Positions 9,158 to 17,172 are shown, counted from the stretch's first letter. The stretch: DNA of 32,000 bases from a bacterium (GCA_037444445.1 JBBIMK010000009.1:32438-64437), one strand, 5' to 3'. A program made the numbers and translations. The notes: a model not told the origin generated them from the letters alone.

Positions 9158-10252
9158 TTACTGTTCTACGGTGCCGCCGGTGGCTTGCTCGGTTCCAGCG
9201 GAGTAGTAAACCACGACGCCGTCATAACGACCATCCTGGTTGGGTGTGCTCACATCCGTGGCTCGGGCAACCCCTGGTGCAGGAACAAAGGCCACATTGG
9301 GTATCTCCGCCACGCCCAGGAGTGTGCCCTGAGAGCTCACTCCACCATAGCCCGGCTCATTTAACCAAATCGAGCCCGGGATAAAAGCGTTAGGATTCTG
9401 ACGGCATCCGAACCTGTCTACCACCGTGCCTGACAGGGTGCCAAACTCTGTGGGCAGACCGTTTAGTCCACCGTTTGGATTTCGTGTCCCCCAGCAGTGC
9501 AGGACATCCTTCCCCACAGTGCGGACCGAGCCATACCCAGCCAGCAGGAAGTGGTCAATAGAGAATGGCCTCATAATGCCTCCGGTGGTGCCTAACTGGC
9601 GGATAATCCCCGGCGTTACCCCGTAAGCCCGATAGGCGAACTCACCCGGAATCCAGTCCACCGTCTGGGTGTTATCATCCCCCATGAAGTAGTAAATTAC
9701 CTGCTGTTGACCAGTGGCTAAAGGGTTATCACTGGGTAACGGACTCAGGGTGCCGCACTGGGAAGTCTGGGTATTGCAGTTGTTGGTGTCTCGTCCGGGG
9801 TAATTCGGGTCCGATAGAATGTTACCCAGAAGATCGCCGCCTTGTGGCCGCGGGGGTAAGCCCGCTCTCCACCAGCAGCCGAAGCGCGGGTCCAGGTTGG
9901 TCCGAATGCAGAGAGAGCTTCCGTCCTTCATAAATGGATTCCGATGGTAAGAAGTTTGATACCCGTAGAAAATTAAGGGGTCCATGGGCTGTGCAGTAGC
10001 GAGAGCAGCCCACCCTTGCCCATTGGTCCAGGAAGCCACATCCCCACCGTAAATATAGTTCGGATATAGGCCATCCTGATCCGTGGCGTATCGCTCCAGG
10101 GATATCTGGATGGCGTGGACGGAGGACTTGGTTTGCACCTCCAGCGCCTTGTCCTTCGCCTTGATGAAGTTGGGAAGGGCAAGGGAAACCAGTATCCCGA
10201 TGATGGTGATGACCACCAATAACTCAATGAGGGTAAACCCTCTACGAATCAT
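9158..10252 (-). CDS. Large prepilin-type (GspG-like N-terminus) protein, paralog P1, 364 aa
   Basis: Class III signal MIRRG|FTLIELLVVITIIGILVSLALPNF with Glu at +5. GspG-like helix ending in ERYA. GGAGG lies 7 nt upstream of the ATG. Six Cys residues. Shares internal motifs with P2 and P3: GYxxxYxxNPF, PGxFxY, AGYG, and C-terminal DGxxDGVVV. Confidence 0.9.
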   Translation of the reverse strand: MIRRGFTLIELLVVITIIGILVSLALPNFIKAKDKALEVQTKSSVHAIQISLERYATDQDGLYPNYIYGGDVASWTNGQGWAALATAQPMDPLIFYGYQTSYHRNPFMKDGSSLCIRTNLDPRFGCWWRAGLPPRPQGGDLLGNILSDPNYPGRDTNNCNTQTSQCGTLSPLPSDNPLATGQQQVIYYFMGDDNTQTVDWIPGEFAYRAYGVTPGIIRQLGTTGGIMRPFSIDHFLLAGYGSVRTVGKDVLHCWGTRNPNGGLNGLPTEFGTLSGTVVDRFGCRQNPNAFIPGSIWLNEPGYGGVSSQGTLLGVAEIPNVAFVPAPGVARATDVSTPNQDGRYDGVVVYYSAGTEQATGGTVEQ

Positions 10253-10385
10253 AAAAACACCTCCTTTTTTCCGTCAGGGAGAAAAGGAAGCCCGCTTTTT
10301 CAGGGAGAACCCTGTGGGGCGCCCTTTCTTTTTTATCTCTCTTCAATGCAGGCTTCCCTTCCTCTCTGCACGGAATTTTTATTCC

Positions 10386-11555
10386 TTACTTCAGTTCCCG
10401 TTTGGGCTCCTTATCCAATCCACCGTAAACCAGGGTGATAATTTGGTCAGGCGTGCCATCAGGGCCACTTCCACTGGGTCCCACCTCATCTCCAGGCTTC
10501 AGGGGCGTAATGGTATAGGTGCACTGCCAGGTACTTGGCGGGACTTTGTAGAAGGGGACATTCATCGGGTCTGGCTCAAAGGAGAAATATCCCGTGAGAA
10601 ACCCGTGAGCACCGCCGAAGGAGGTCCAACACCAACCCCCCGCACCCGGTGGTTCACAGCAGGAGCGGTGCATATAATCGTAGCCCAGGGTTTTGATAGA
10701 GCCGAAGCCCACGAGAACATATCCGCAGACGGCGTGGGAAAGGATTCGGGCCGCCGGTAGGCTACCCGTGTTGTTCAAGGCTTCCAGATGGGCATCCACG
10801 GTCTCACCGTCGCAGAAAACCGGGTGATAAAAGAACTGACCCGGCACATCCATGCTCGGAGGACCATACTGCTGACGATAGCCGGACATGTCATTTGCCC
10901 ACAAATCCGTCCACACCGATTCGCCTTTCCCCCAGCCGAGGTCGAACATAAGGTTGCCATATCTGCCTCCCACGGCGTAACCAGGGCTGTAGAGTTGAAC
11001 ATAAGGGGACCCCGCAGCCCAGACGCTGTTGATGTTTGGCGGTATGAACGGATTCTTCGGATACTCGCTCAGATAGCCGAACATCAACAGCATGTCCATG
11101 CAGACTTCCTTGCTCGGGGAGTTGGGACCCCGATACTCCGGAACTCTCTGCTTCAGGGTTCCCAGTTCAGGCAGACAGTAAGGCCGGTTGGTGTTGCAAT
11201 CCACAAAGTCCGGCGGGTTTAGCCAACTGCCATCGTAATCCAGGAAGGCAGATTCACCGGCGTTCGTTCCCGGATTGCATCCGGAGGAACTAGCGTATGG
11301 TCCTCCGTCTGCACTGGCGATATTGAACTCCTGGTCACCTCCCGTGACTACCTGTGGATAGAGCCCCGCATTTTCCACAGCGTAGCGCTCCAGTGCCATC
11401 TGAATGATGTGGATGTTGGCTTTGATCTGCGTTTCCTTCGCCTTATCCCGCGCCCGTATATAGTTGGGTAAGGCGATAGAAACCAGAATTCCCAGAATCA
11501 CCATAACCACCAGTAACTCAATAAGCGTGAAACCTCGAATCATTCGGGATTTCAC
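10386..11555 (-). CDS. Large prepilin-type (GspG-like N-terminus) protein, paralog P2, 389 aa
   Basis: MKSRMIRG|FTLIELLVVMVILGILVSIALPNY. GTG start with GGAGG 9 nt upstream; an alternative ATG lies 12 nt downstream. Ten Cys residues. C-terminal GPDGTPDQIITLV resembles a GspG C-terminus. Confidence 0.9.
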   Translation of the reverse strand: MKSRMIRGFTLIELLVVMVILGILVSIALPNYIRARDKAKETQIKANIHIIQMALERYAVENAGLYPQVVTGGDQEFNIASADGGPYASSSGCNPGTNAGESAFLDYDGSWLNPPDFVDCNTNRPYCLPELGTLKQRVPEYRGPNSPSKEVCMDMLLMFGYLSEYPKNPFIPPNINSVWAAGSPYVQLYSPGYAVGGRYGNLMFDLGWGKGESVWTDLWANDMSGYRQQYGPPSMDVPGQFFYHPVFCDGETVDAHLEALNNTGSLPAARILSHAVCGYVLVGFGSIKTLGYDYMHRSCCEPPGAGGWCWTSFGGAHGFLTGYFSFEPDPMNVPFYKVPPSTWQCTYTITPLKPGDEVGPSGSGPDGTPDQIITLVYGGLDKEPKRELK

Positions 11556-11596
11556 CGCGTATCACCTCCTTTCAGATTCTTGTTGTTCTCTTTCAT
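11552..11596 (-). other. Candidate upstream ORF (14 codons, MKENNKNLKGGDTR) overlapping the P2 start as GTGA
   Basis: ATG at 11596 with GAAGGA 9 nt upstream. The TGA stop (11554..11552) overlaps the P2 GTG start (11555..11553). The P2 Shine-Dalgarno site lies inside the uORF. A homologous arrangement precedes P3. Confidence 0.3.
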
Positions 11597-11649
11597 TTTT
11601 TGGGTTCCTTCGTTTTACCGCCTTTCATCCTCGGATAACGAAGTAGCCT

Positions 11650-12789
11650 TTACGGCGGTGGCCCCTGACCTGAGGCTTCGCATCCGGGCTTCCGGGTGTC
11701 CATGAGCACCTTCACATCCACGCCGGAGGAGAGAACGGTGATGACACCGTCTGGCAACCCGTCAGGACCGTTATACACGCAGTAAGCATCGCGTGCGGAG
11801 GCATAGTTCAAGTCCCCCGGTTCCAGTTTGCAATCCCCCTCCGCATCATCACAGGCGAGAGTGCTCTCTGCGTAATCGCCCAGGACATCATAGACATCGT
11901 GCCCGCGATTCCAGCTAGCACCATAGCCTGCCAGATGATAGCCCACCACCTTTGCCTGCATAAAGAACCCTGTCCAGACATAATTCGAGTCTGGCTGTAT
12001 GGGGTAGTAGTAGAAGTTGCCCGGTAGGTAATTGTGGAGGATTTTGTTGGAGGTTTGAGCCTGGGCGGGGTCGCAGCCGGGGCTCCCTAACTTGCATCGG
12101 ATGGAATAGGGTGGGTGCCCTGCCCAGCCTCGGGCGGTAACGGTAAGCCCTGATACAGTATTATTCAATTGCCCCCCGCGCTGGCAAGCGCCTTTGCCTA
12201 ACCCATAAGCCCCGGAAGGACCGCAGATGGCTCCGTAAACCCCCTCGCTGACATCCCACATAAAGGAGTTGGTAGGTCCGCCCACATGTCGACAAGAGGC
12301 GTCGTCGGCTGATTGACACCGATTGTTGGGGAAAACCGTGCTGTAGTTGCAGAACACATCGGCGTTGCCCCCCATGTTATTTGGCCAGCGCGGGTGTGGA
12401 CACTCCCGCACCTGAAACTGGATTCCGGTGCCCGCCGCTGACATAAAGGGATTGTTAGGGTACCGATTGAGGTAGCCGTATTCCATGAGTGGGTCCCCAT
12501 CCCCGCAGGGCTGGCTGATCCTCGGGCAGTATATCGGGGCAAAGGGGGAAGCATTCCAGTCGTCGTAATTCCCCCCCAACAGCCACTTGGGAAAGGCCCC
12601 GTCATTATCCGAAGCATACCGTTCCAGCGCAGTGCGGATAATGTGCAGGTTCGCCTCCACCTGCTTCTCTCGCGCTTTGTCCCGCACCCTCGTGTAGTTG
12701 GGCAACGCAATGGCCACCAGTATCCCGATGATGACCATGACCACCAGTAACTCAATCAGTGTGAATCCACGAATCATTCGGGATTTCAC
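11650..12789 (-). CDS. Large prepilin-type (GspG-like N-terminus) protein, paralog P3, 379 aa, very Cys-rich
   Basis: MKSRMIRG|FTLIELLVVMVIIGILVAIALPNY. GTG start with GGAGG 9 nt upstream. Fourteen Cys residues. C-terminal GPDGLPDGVITVL. Confidence 0.9.
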   Translation of the reverse strand: MKSRMIRGFTLIELLVVMVIIGILVAIALPNYTRVRDKAREKQVEANLHIIRTALERYASDNDGAFPKWLLGGNYDDWNASPFAPIYCPRISQPCGDGDPLMEYGYLNRYPNNPFMSAAGTGIQFQVRECPHPRWPNNMGGNADVFCNYSTVFPNNRCQSADDASCRHVGGPTNSFMWDVSEGVYGAICGPSGAYGLGKGACQRGGQLNNTVSGLTVTARGWAGHPPYSIRCKLGSPGCDPAQAQTSNKILHNYLPGNFYYYPIQPDSNYVWTGFFMQAKVVGYHLAGYGASWNRGHDVYDVLGDYAESTLACDDAEGDCKLEPGDLNYASARDAYCVYNGPDGLPDGVITVLSSGVDVKVLMDTRKPGCEASGQGPPP

Positions 12790-12842
12790 CTGATATCACC
12801 TCCTTTGAATTGGATTTGAAAGTGTTTCCGGTTCTTTTTCAT
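12786..12842 (-). other. Candidate upstream ORF (18 codons, MKKNRKHFQIQFKGGDIR) overlapping the P3 start as GTGA
   Basis: ATG at 12842 with AAGGGA 7 nt upstream. The TGA stop (12788..12786) overlaps the P3 GTG start (12789..12787). It shares the MK-x-N start and the KGGD-x-R end with the P2 uORF. Confidence 0.3.
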
Positions 12843-12853
12843 TTTTTCATCCC

Positions 12854-14077
12854 TTATTTGAACAGGTCAATGATGTGGAAAATGGGGAGGTACAGGGCGA
12901 TGACAATCGTTCCCACCACGGCGCCAATGACAAGAATCATCACGGGCTCAATCAGGCTGGCAAGCCCTTTGATGGTGGCATCAATCTCCACATCGTAGAA
13001 ATCGGACAGTTTATACAGCATATCCTCCAGGTTTCCCGCCTCTTCGCCTACGGCCACCATGTGGTAGACCATAGGGGGGAAAATCCCGGTTCGCTTCATC
13101 GCAGGTGCAATCCCTTCCCCTTCTCGCACCCGGTCCCGAATGTAGTGCACACTCTGAGTGACCACATAGTTATCGGCGGTATCCGAAACCACTTCCAGTG
13201 CCTCCAGGATTGGTACCCCACTCTGGGTGAGTGTGCCTAAGGTTCTGGAAAAACGAGTGATAGCCACTTTCTTGGACAGAGGACCCAGAATCGGAAGACG
13301 GATGAAAAGAGGGTCCAGCAAGCGATGCCCCCACCGACTCTTCCGAAACCGCCAGAAAATCATCACTCCCACAAAAGGAGATGGAAGCACCCACCACCAG
13401 TTTAAGACGATAAAGTCGGAAATTTCTACCAGCTTCTGCGTGAGCGCTGGAAGAGGCACATTCCCGGAAGAAAGGCTCTCATACAGGCTGGCAAACTGTG
13501 GCACGATGTAAATTAAAATCCCCATCGTAATCAGGAATGCAATCACGGTAACGAAGGAAGGGTAAGCCATGGCGGAGCGAATCTTATGCCGCAAATCCAG
13601 TTCCTTCTCAAAGAACATGGCCATACGCTCCAGAATGGCTTCCAGAACGCCACCGATTTCCCCCGCATGCACCATACTTACGAAGAAGTTAGAGAACGAA
13701 CGGGGGTGCTTCTTCATGGCTCTCGCCAGGGTTTCTCCGCTCTCCACATCCAGCCGCAACTGATGCACAATCCGCTTCAGGTTGGTGTCCTGGGTCTGCT
13801 CCTCTATCACATCCAGGGCGTTGGCAAGGGTAAGACCCGCCGAAATCAAAAGGGAGAACTGACGGGAAAAAACGGTGAGGGACTTTAATCCGACACCACG
13901 GAAGCGACCCATGAAAGCCCCCGCACTCCTTCCCCCTTTCTTTTCCCGAATGCGAACCACCCAGTATCCCTGGCGGCGCAGTGCATCCACCACCGTCTGG
14001 GGATTATCCGCCTCCATTACCCGCGAGAAGGTCTTCCCCCCCGCTCCCCTCGCAGTAAATACAAATGTCTTCGCCAT
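12854..14077 (-). CDS. pilC: Type IV pilus / T2SS platform protein (PilC/GspF family)
   Basis: ORF of 407 aa with two GspF-like repeats (FSRQFSLLISAGLTLANALD and FSRTLGTLTQSGVPILEALE) and three or more TM segments. ATG with GAGGGA upstream. Confidence 0.92.
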   Translation of the reverse strand: MAKTFVFTARGAGGKTFSRVMEADNPQTVVDALRRQGYWVVRIREKKGGRSAGAFMGRFRGVGLKSLTVFSRQFSLLISAGLTLANALDVIEEQTQDTNLKRIVHQLRLDVESGETLARAMKKHPRSFSNFFVSMVHAGEIGGVLEAILERMAMFFEKELDLRHKIRSAMAYPSFVTVIAFLITMGILIYIVPQFASLYESLSSGNVPLPALTQKLVEISDFIVLNWWWVLPSPFVGVMIFWRFRKSRWGHRLLDPLFIRLPILGPLSKKVAITRFSRTLGTLTQSGVPILEALEVVSDTADNYVVTQSVHYIRDRVREGEGIAPAMKRTGIFPPMVYHMVAVGEEAGNLEDMLYKLSDFYDVEIDATIKGLASLIEPVMILVIGAVVGTIVIALYLPIFHIIDLFK

Positions 14078-14099
14078 TTCTTATCCCTCAGGCAATTTT

Positions 14100-14128
14100 A
14101 TATTACCACAGGCAAAAAAACTTGTCAA
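14100..14128 (-). promoter_or_regulatory. Sigma70-type promoter upstream of pilC and the pilin genes
   Basis: The minus strand reads TTGACA (14128..14123), a 17-nt spacer, then TAATAT (14105..14100) preceded by TGg, an extended -10 element. It lies in the 95-nt gap between pilT and pilC. Confidence 0.65.
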
Positions 14129-14172
14129 GTGGGGGGGAGGAAAAAGGGGTAAAAAGATGGAAATGTGCGTAT

Positions 14173-15315
14173 TCATGGGCTTTCCATTGCCTCCCGGGAT
14201 GCCATCTCCAGTGCCTCTTCCACACCGCCGGCAGGACCTGCCGCGATGAGACGCTGGAGTTCCTTCGGATTATGGGCGGCAGCCATGGCAGTCTCCAGGG
14301 TTATCCTCCCGGAGAAATAATAATCTCGCAGACACTGGTCCATCGTCTGCATTCCTAATTTGGTGTGGGTCATCATGGTGGAGTGAATCTGATAGATTTT
14401 TTGCTCCCGAATCAGGTTCCGGACCGCCGGGATGTTGAGCATCACTTCAAAGGCAGCCAGGCGCCCCTTCCCATCCGCTGTGGGCAGAAGTTGCTGGGAT
14501 AAAACGACCTCCAGGGCATTGGCTAACTGCGCCCGAACCTGGGATTGCTGATGTGCAGGAAAAACATCAATGATGCGGTCAATGGATAACGGAGCATTGA
14601 TGGTGTGGAGGGTGGAAAAAACCAGGTGTCCCGTCTCTGCAGCGGTAATGGCGGTAGAAATAGTTTCCAGATCCCGCATCTCCCCCACCAGAATCACATC
14701 CGGGTCCTGACGGAGCACCCTTCGCATGGCTTCCGCGAAGGAGAAAGTATGGTCGCCCACCTCCCGCTGATTCACATTGGCTTTTCCATGCGGAATCACA
14801 TATTCAATCGGGTCTTCCATTGTGACCATGTGAAGAGGCTTGGTCTGGGAAATGACATTGAGCATGGCAGCCAGGGATGTGGTTTTCCCGCTCCCCGTGG
14901 GACCGGTGACCAGAATCAGCCCCCGAGGAAGCATAATTTTCTCCTTCATAATCGGAGGAAGCAGGAGTTCATCCATGGTGGGAATGCGGCTGGGCAGCGC
15001 CCGAATAGCGAGGGTCACTCCCGTGCGGGTCAGGGATAGATTGCACCGAAACCGACCCAATCCCTCCTGCTCGTAGGAAAAGTCCAATTCCCTCTCGTTC
15101 TCAAACCGCTTCCTCCTCTCCTCCCGAATCATACTGTAAGCCAGTGCACGGGTATCCTCCGCGTCCAGCACCTCGTATTCTGTCAGGCGGACCAGGTTCC
15201 CCAGCACCCGAATCGTGGGAGGAAGGCCCGGCGTCAGATGCAAATCCGTGCCGTTGACTTCATGAACCTTTACCAGCAGGTCCAGAACAGTATATTCGCC
15301 CACTCCCTTCGGCAT
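14173..15315 (-). CDS. pilT: Type IV pilus retraction ATPase PilT
   Basis: ORF of 380 aa. Walker A GPTGSGKTTS, Walker B DPDVILVGEMRD, His box STLHT. PAVRNLIREQK matches the PilT-specific AIRNLIRE motif. Confidence 0.9.
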   Translation of the reverse strand: MPKGVGEYTVLDLLVKVHEVNGTDLHLTPGLPPTIRVLGNLVRLTEYEVLDAEDTRALAYSMIREERRKRFENERELDFSYEQEGLGRFRCNLSLTRTGVTLAIRALPSRIPTMDELLLPPIMKEKIMLPRGLILVTGPTGSGKTTSLAAMLNVISQTKPLHMVTMEDPIEYVIPHGKANVNQREVGDHTFSFAEAMRRVLRQDPDVILVGEMRDLETISTAITAAETGHLVFSTLHTINAPLSIDRIIDVFPAHQQSQVRAQLANALEVVLSQQLLPTADGKGRLAAFEVMLNIPAVRNLIREQKIYQIHSTMMTHTKLGMQTMDQCLRDYYFSGRITLETAMAAAHNPKELQRLIAAGPAGGVEEALEMASREAMESP

Positions 15316-15333
15316 TTCAGCACCACCTCCATA

Positions 15334-17136
15334 TTACGAAATCAGGGGAGCCAGTTTCCGCGGCGCCTCCGCCAGACCGGGAACCCTCCGCTCGGGAACC
15401 CGTTCAGGTATTAACTCCAGAGCCCGTTCCTCGGGTGGAACCACCCGGAGCACTTCCTCCAGCGTCGTAATTCCCTCCAGGGCTTTGCGAACACCGTTTT
15501 CGTACAGGGTCCGCATTCCCTCCCGCATCGCCTGGCTCTTGATTTCCATGTGAGAAGCGCCCGACAGAGCCATTTCCCGGATCCGGGGGCTCATCACCAT
15601 AATTTCAAACAGGGCGGTTCGGCCCTTGTAGCCAATCCCGTTGCAGAACTTGCACCCCACCTTGTTATAAAGAATCACTTCCTCCGTTTCCTTCCGCCCC
15701 AGAACCTTCATCACCCCCGCTATCTTCTCCATCTCGTACGAAGAGGGATGGTAGGATTTCTTGCAATAAGGGCAGAGGACGCGAATCAAACGCTGGGCAA
15801 CCGCCGCTATCAGTGTGGCATTCACCAGGTAGGGCTCCACGCCGATGTTCACCAGACGAATGATGGATGAAGGTGCATCATTGGTGTGAAGGGTAGAAAA
15901 AACGAGGTGACCGGTCAGGGAAGATTGAATCGCCATCTCCGCCGTTTCGTAGTCCCGAATTTCCCCGATCATCATGATGTCCGGGTCGGAGCGGAGAAAG
16001 TGCCGGAGCGCCGAGGCGAAAGTCACTCCCACCTTCGTGTTCACCTGCACCTGATTCACCCGGTCAATTTCATACTCCACCGGCTCTTCAATGGTCATCA
16101 CATTCACTTCATCGGTGGCAATTTTCATCAAAGAAGCATACAGCGTCGTGGTTTTCCCGCTCCCCGTAGGACCCGTGAGAAGGATAATCCCGTGAGGGCG
16201 GGAAATCAATGAGTTCCACACCTTCATCTCGTCCTCCGAGAACCCCAGGTCCACCAGGCTCATCAACCCCACCGCCCGGTCCAGTATTCGCATGACAATT
16301 TTCTCCCCGTACACCGTAGGAACGGAAACCACACGCATATCAATCTCCCGGTCGGGCATCTGGAAAAAAATCCTCCCATCCTGAGGCTTTCGTCGCTCCG
16401 CCGTGTCCATCCCTGCAAGAATCTTGACCCGGGCCAGCGTAGCCGCTATGGCTTGCTTCGGGATTTCCATCTGTGGTATCAAAATGCCGTCCACCCGGTA
16501 CCGAACCTTCATTTTTTCTCTCCGGGGTTCCAGGTGGATGTCCGAAGCCCGGGAATTTACCGCTCCCGTAATCAGCGTGTCCACCAGCTTGACAATCGGG
16601 GCATCTTCTACCTCAAACTCTTTGGAAATCTGCTTGAGTTCCAGAAGGTCCAGCCCCTTTTCCCGCCGCTCCGCCACAAACTCTTTGATGGCTTTCTGCG
16701 CAGCGTGCTTCACCCCGTAGTGCTGTTCAAAGGCGTGCTTTAAAGCATCCAGGGTGGTGATAGCCGGGCGAACCTCATATCCAGTCGCCAGCCGTATGTC
16801 ATCAATCGCAAGAAGATTCAGAGGGTCCACCATCGCCAGCACAAGCGTATTCCCCTCCAGTCGCACCGGAAAAACCTGATGCCGAAGAATCAGGTCGGGA
16901 GTAATCACCCCTTTCGTAATCAGCGCCTGGTCCACGGGCGTCTCAAACAGGTCAATCACCTCCACACCCAGTTGATGGGAGAGGGTCCGGGTGATATCCT
17001 CCGGGGAAGCCATCGCCAGTTCCACAATCACCTCTCCCAGGCGCTTCCCCGTTTCCTGCTGGACTTTCAGGGCACGCTCCAGGTCCTCGGCAGTAAGTAA
17101 CCCTGCCTCCACCAGCAAATCACCTAATCTCTTCAT
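15334..17136 (-). CDS. pilB: Type IV pilus assembly ATPase PilB/GspE family with N-terminal MshEN-type domain
   Basis: ORF of 600 aa. N-terminus RLGDLLVEAGLLTAEDLERALKVQ. Walker A GPTGSGKTTT, Walker B DPDIMMIGEIRD. Tetracysteine CPYC...CKFC zinc motif. Confidence 0.93.
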   Translation of the reverse strand: MKRLGDLLVEAGLLTAEDLERALKVQQETGKRLGEVIVELAMASPEDITRTLSHQLGVEVIDLFETPVDQALITKGVITPDLILRHQVFPVRLEGNTLVLAMVDPLNLLAIDDIRLATGYEVRPAITTLDALKHAFEQHYGVKHAAQKAIKEFVAERREKGLDLLELKQISKEFEVEDAPIVKLVDTLITGAVNSRASDIHLEPRREKMKVRYRVDGILIPQMEIPKQAIAATLARVKILAGMDTAERRKPQDGRIFFQMPDREIDMRVVSVPTVYGEKIVMRILDRAVGLMSLVDLGFSEDEMKVWNSLISRPHGIILLTGPTGSGKTTTLYASLMKIATDEVNVMTIEEPVEYEIDRVNQVQVNTKVGVTFASALRHFLRSDPDIMMIGEIRDYETAEMAIQSSLTGHLVFSTLHTNDAPSSIIRLVNIGVEPYLVNATLIAAVAQRLIRVLCPYCKKSYHPSSYEMEKIAGVMKVLGRKETEEVILYNKVGCKFCNGIGYKGRTALFEIMVMSPRIREMALSGASHMEIKSQAMREGMRTLYENGVRKALEGITTLEEVLRVVPPEERALELIPERVPERRVPGLAEAPRKLAPLIS

Positions 17137-17172
17137 CCCTTCTTCACCTGCCTCATCCTTATCCTCTTTCCC

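Noticed and set aside
9973-10227. Alternative-frame ORFs inside the pilin genes that both begin MSYWWS (9973..10227 in P1 and 12198..12755 in P3). They could look like a conserved overprinted gene.
   Set aside because: The shared start is a by-product of the conserved nucleotides encoding FTLIELLVV (ATTGAGTTACTGGTGG read in the +1 frame). The rest is Arg/Pro/Trp-rich, low-complexity translation of the kind typical for off-frame GC-rich coding DNA.
9158-12789. Assignment of the large pilins to the DUF1559 / H-X9-DG prepilin family common in PVC-type bacteria.
   Set aside because: No His-X9-Asp-Gly motif is present near any of the C-termini. The post-helix sequence is GspG-like (PNF/PNY...ERYA) rather than the LLPAVQ-ARE pattern. 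Only an HMM search can settle this.
11556-12853. Sigma54 (GG-N10-GC) promoters upstream of the pilin genes, as found for many major pilin genes.
   Set aside because: I found no TGGCAC-N5-TTGC-like element in the P3, P2 or P1 upstream regions. The only good promoter is the sigma70-type element upstream of pilC.
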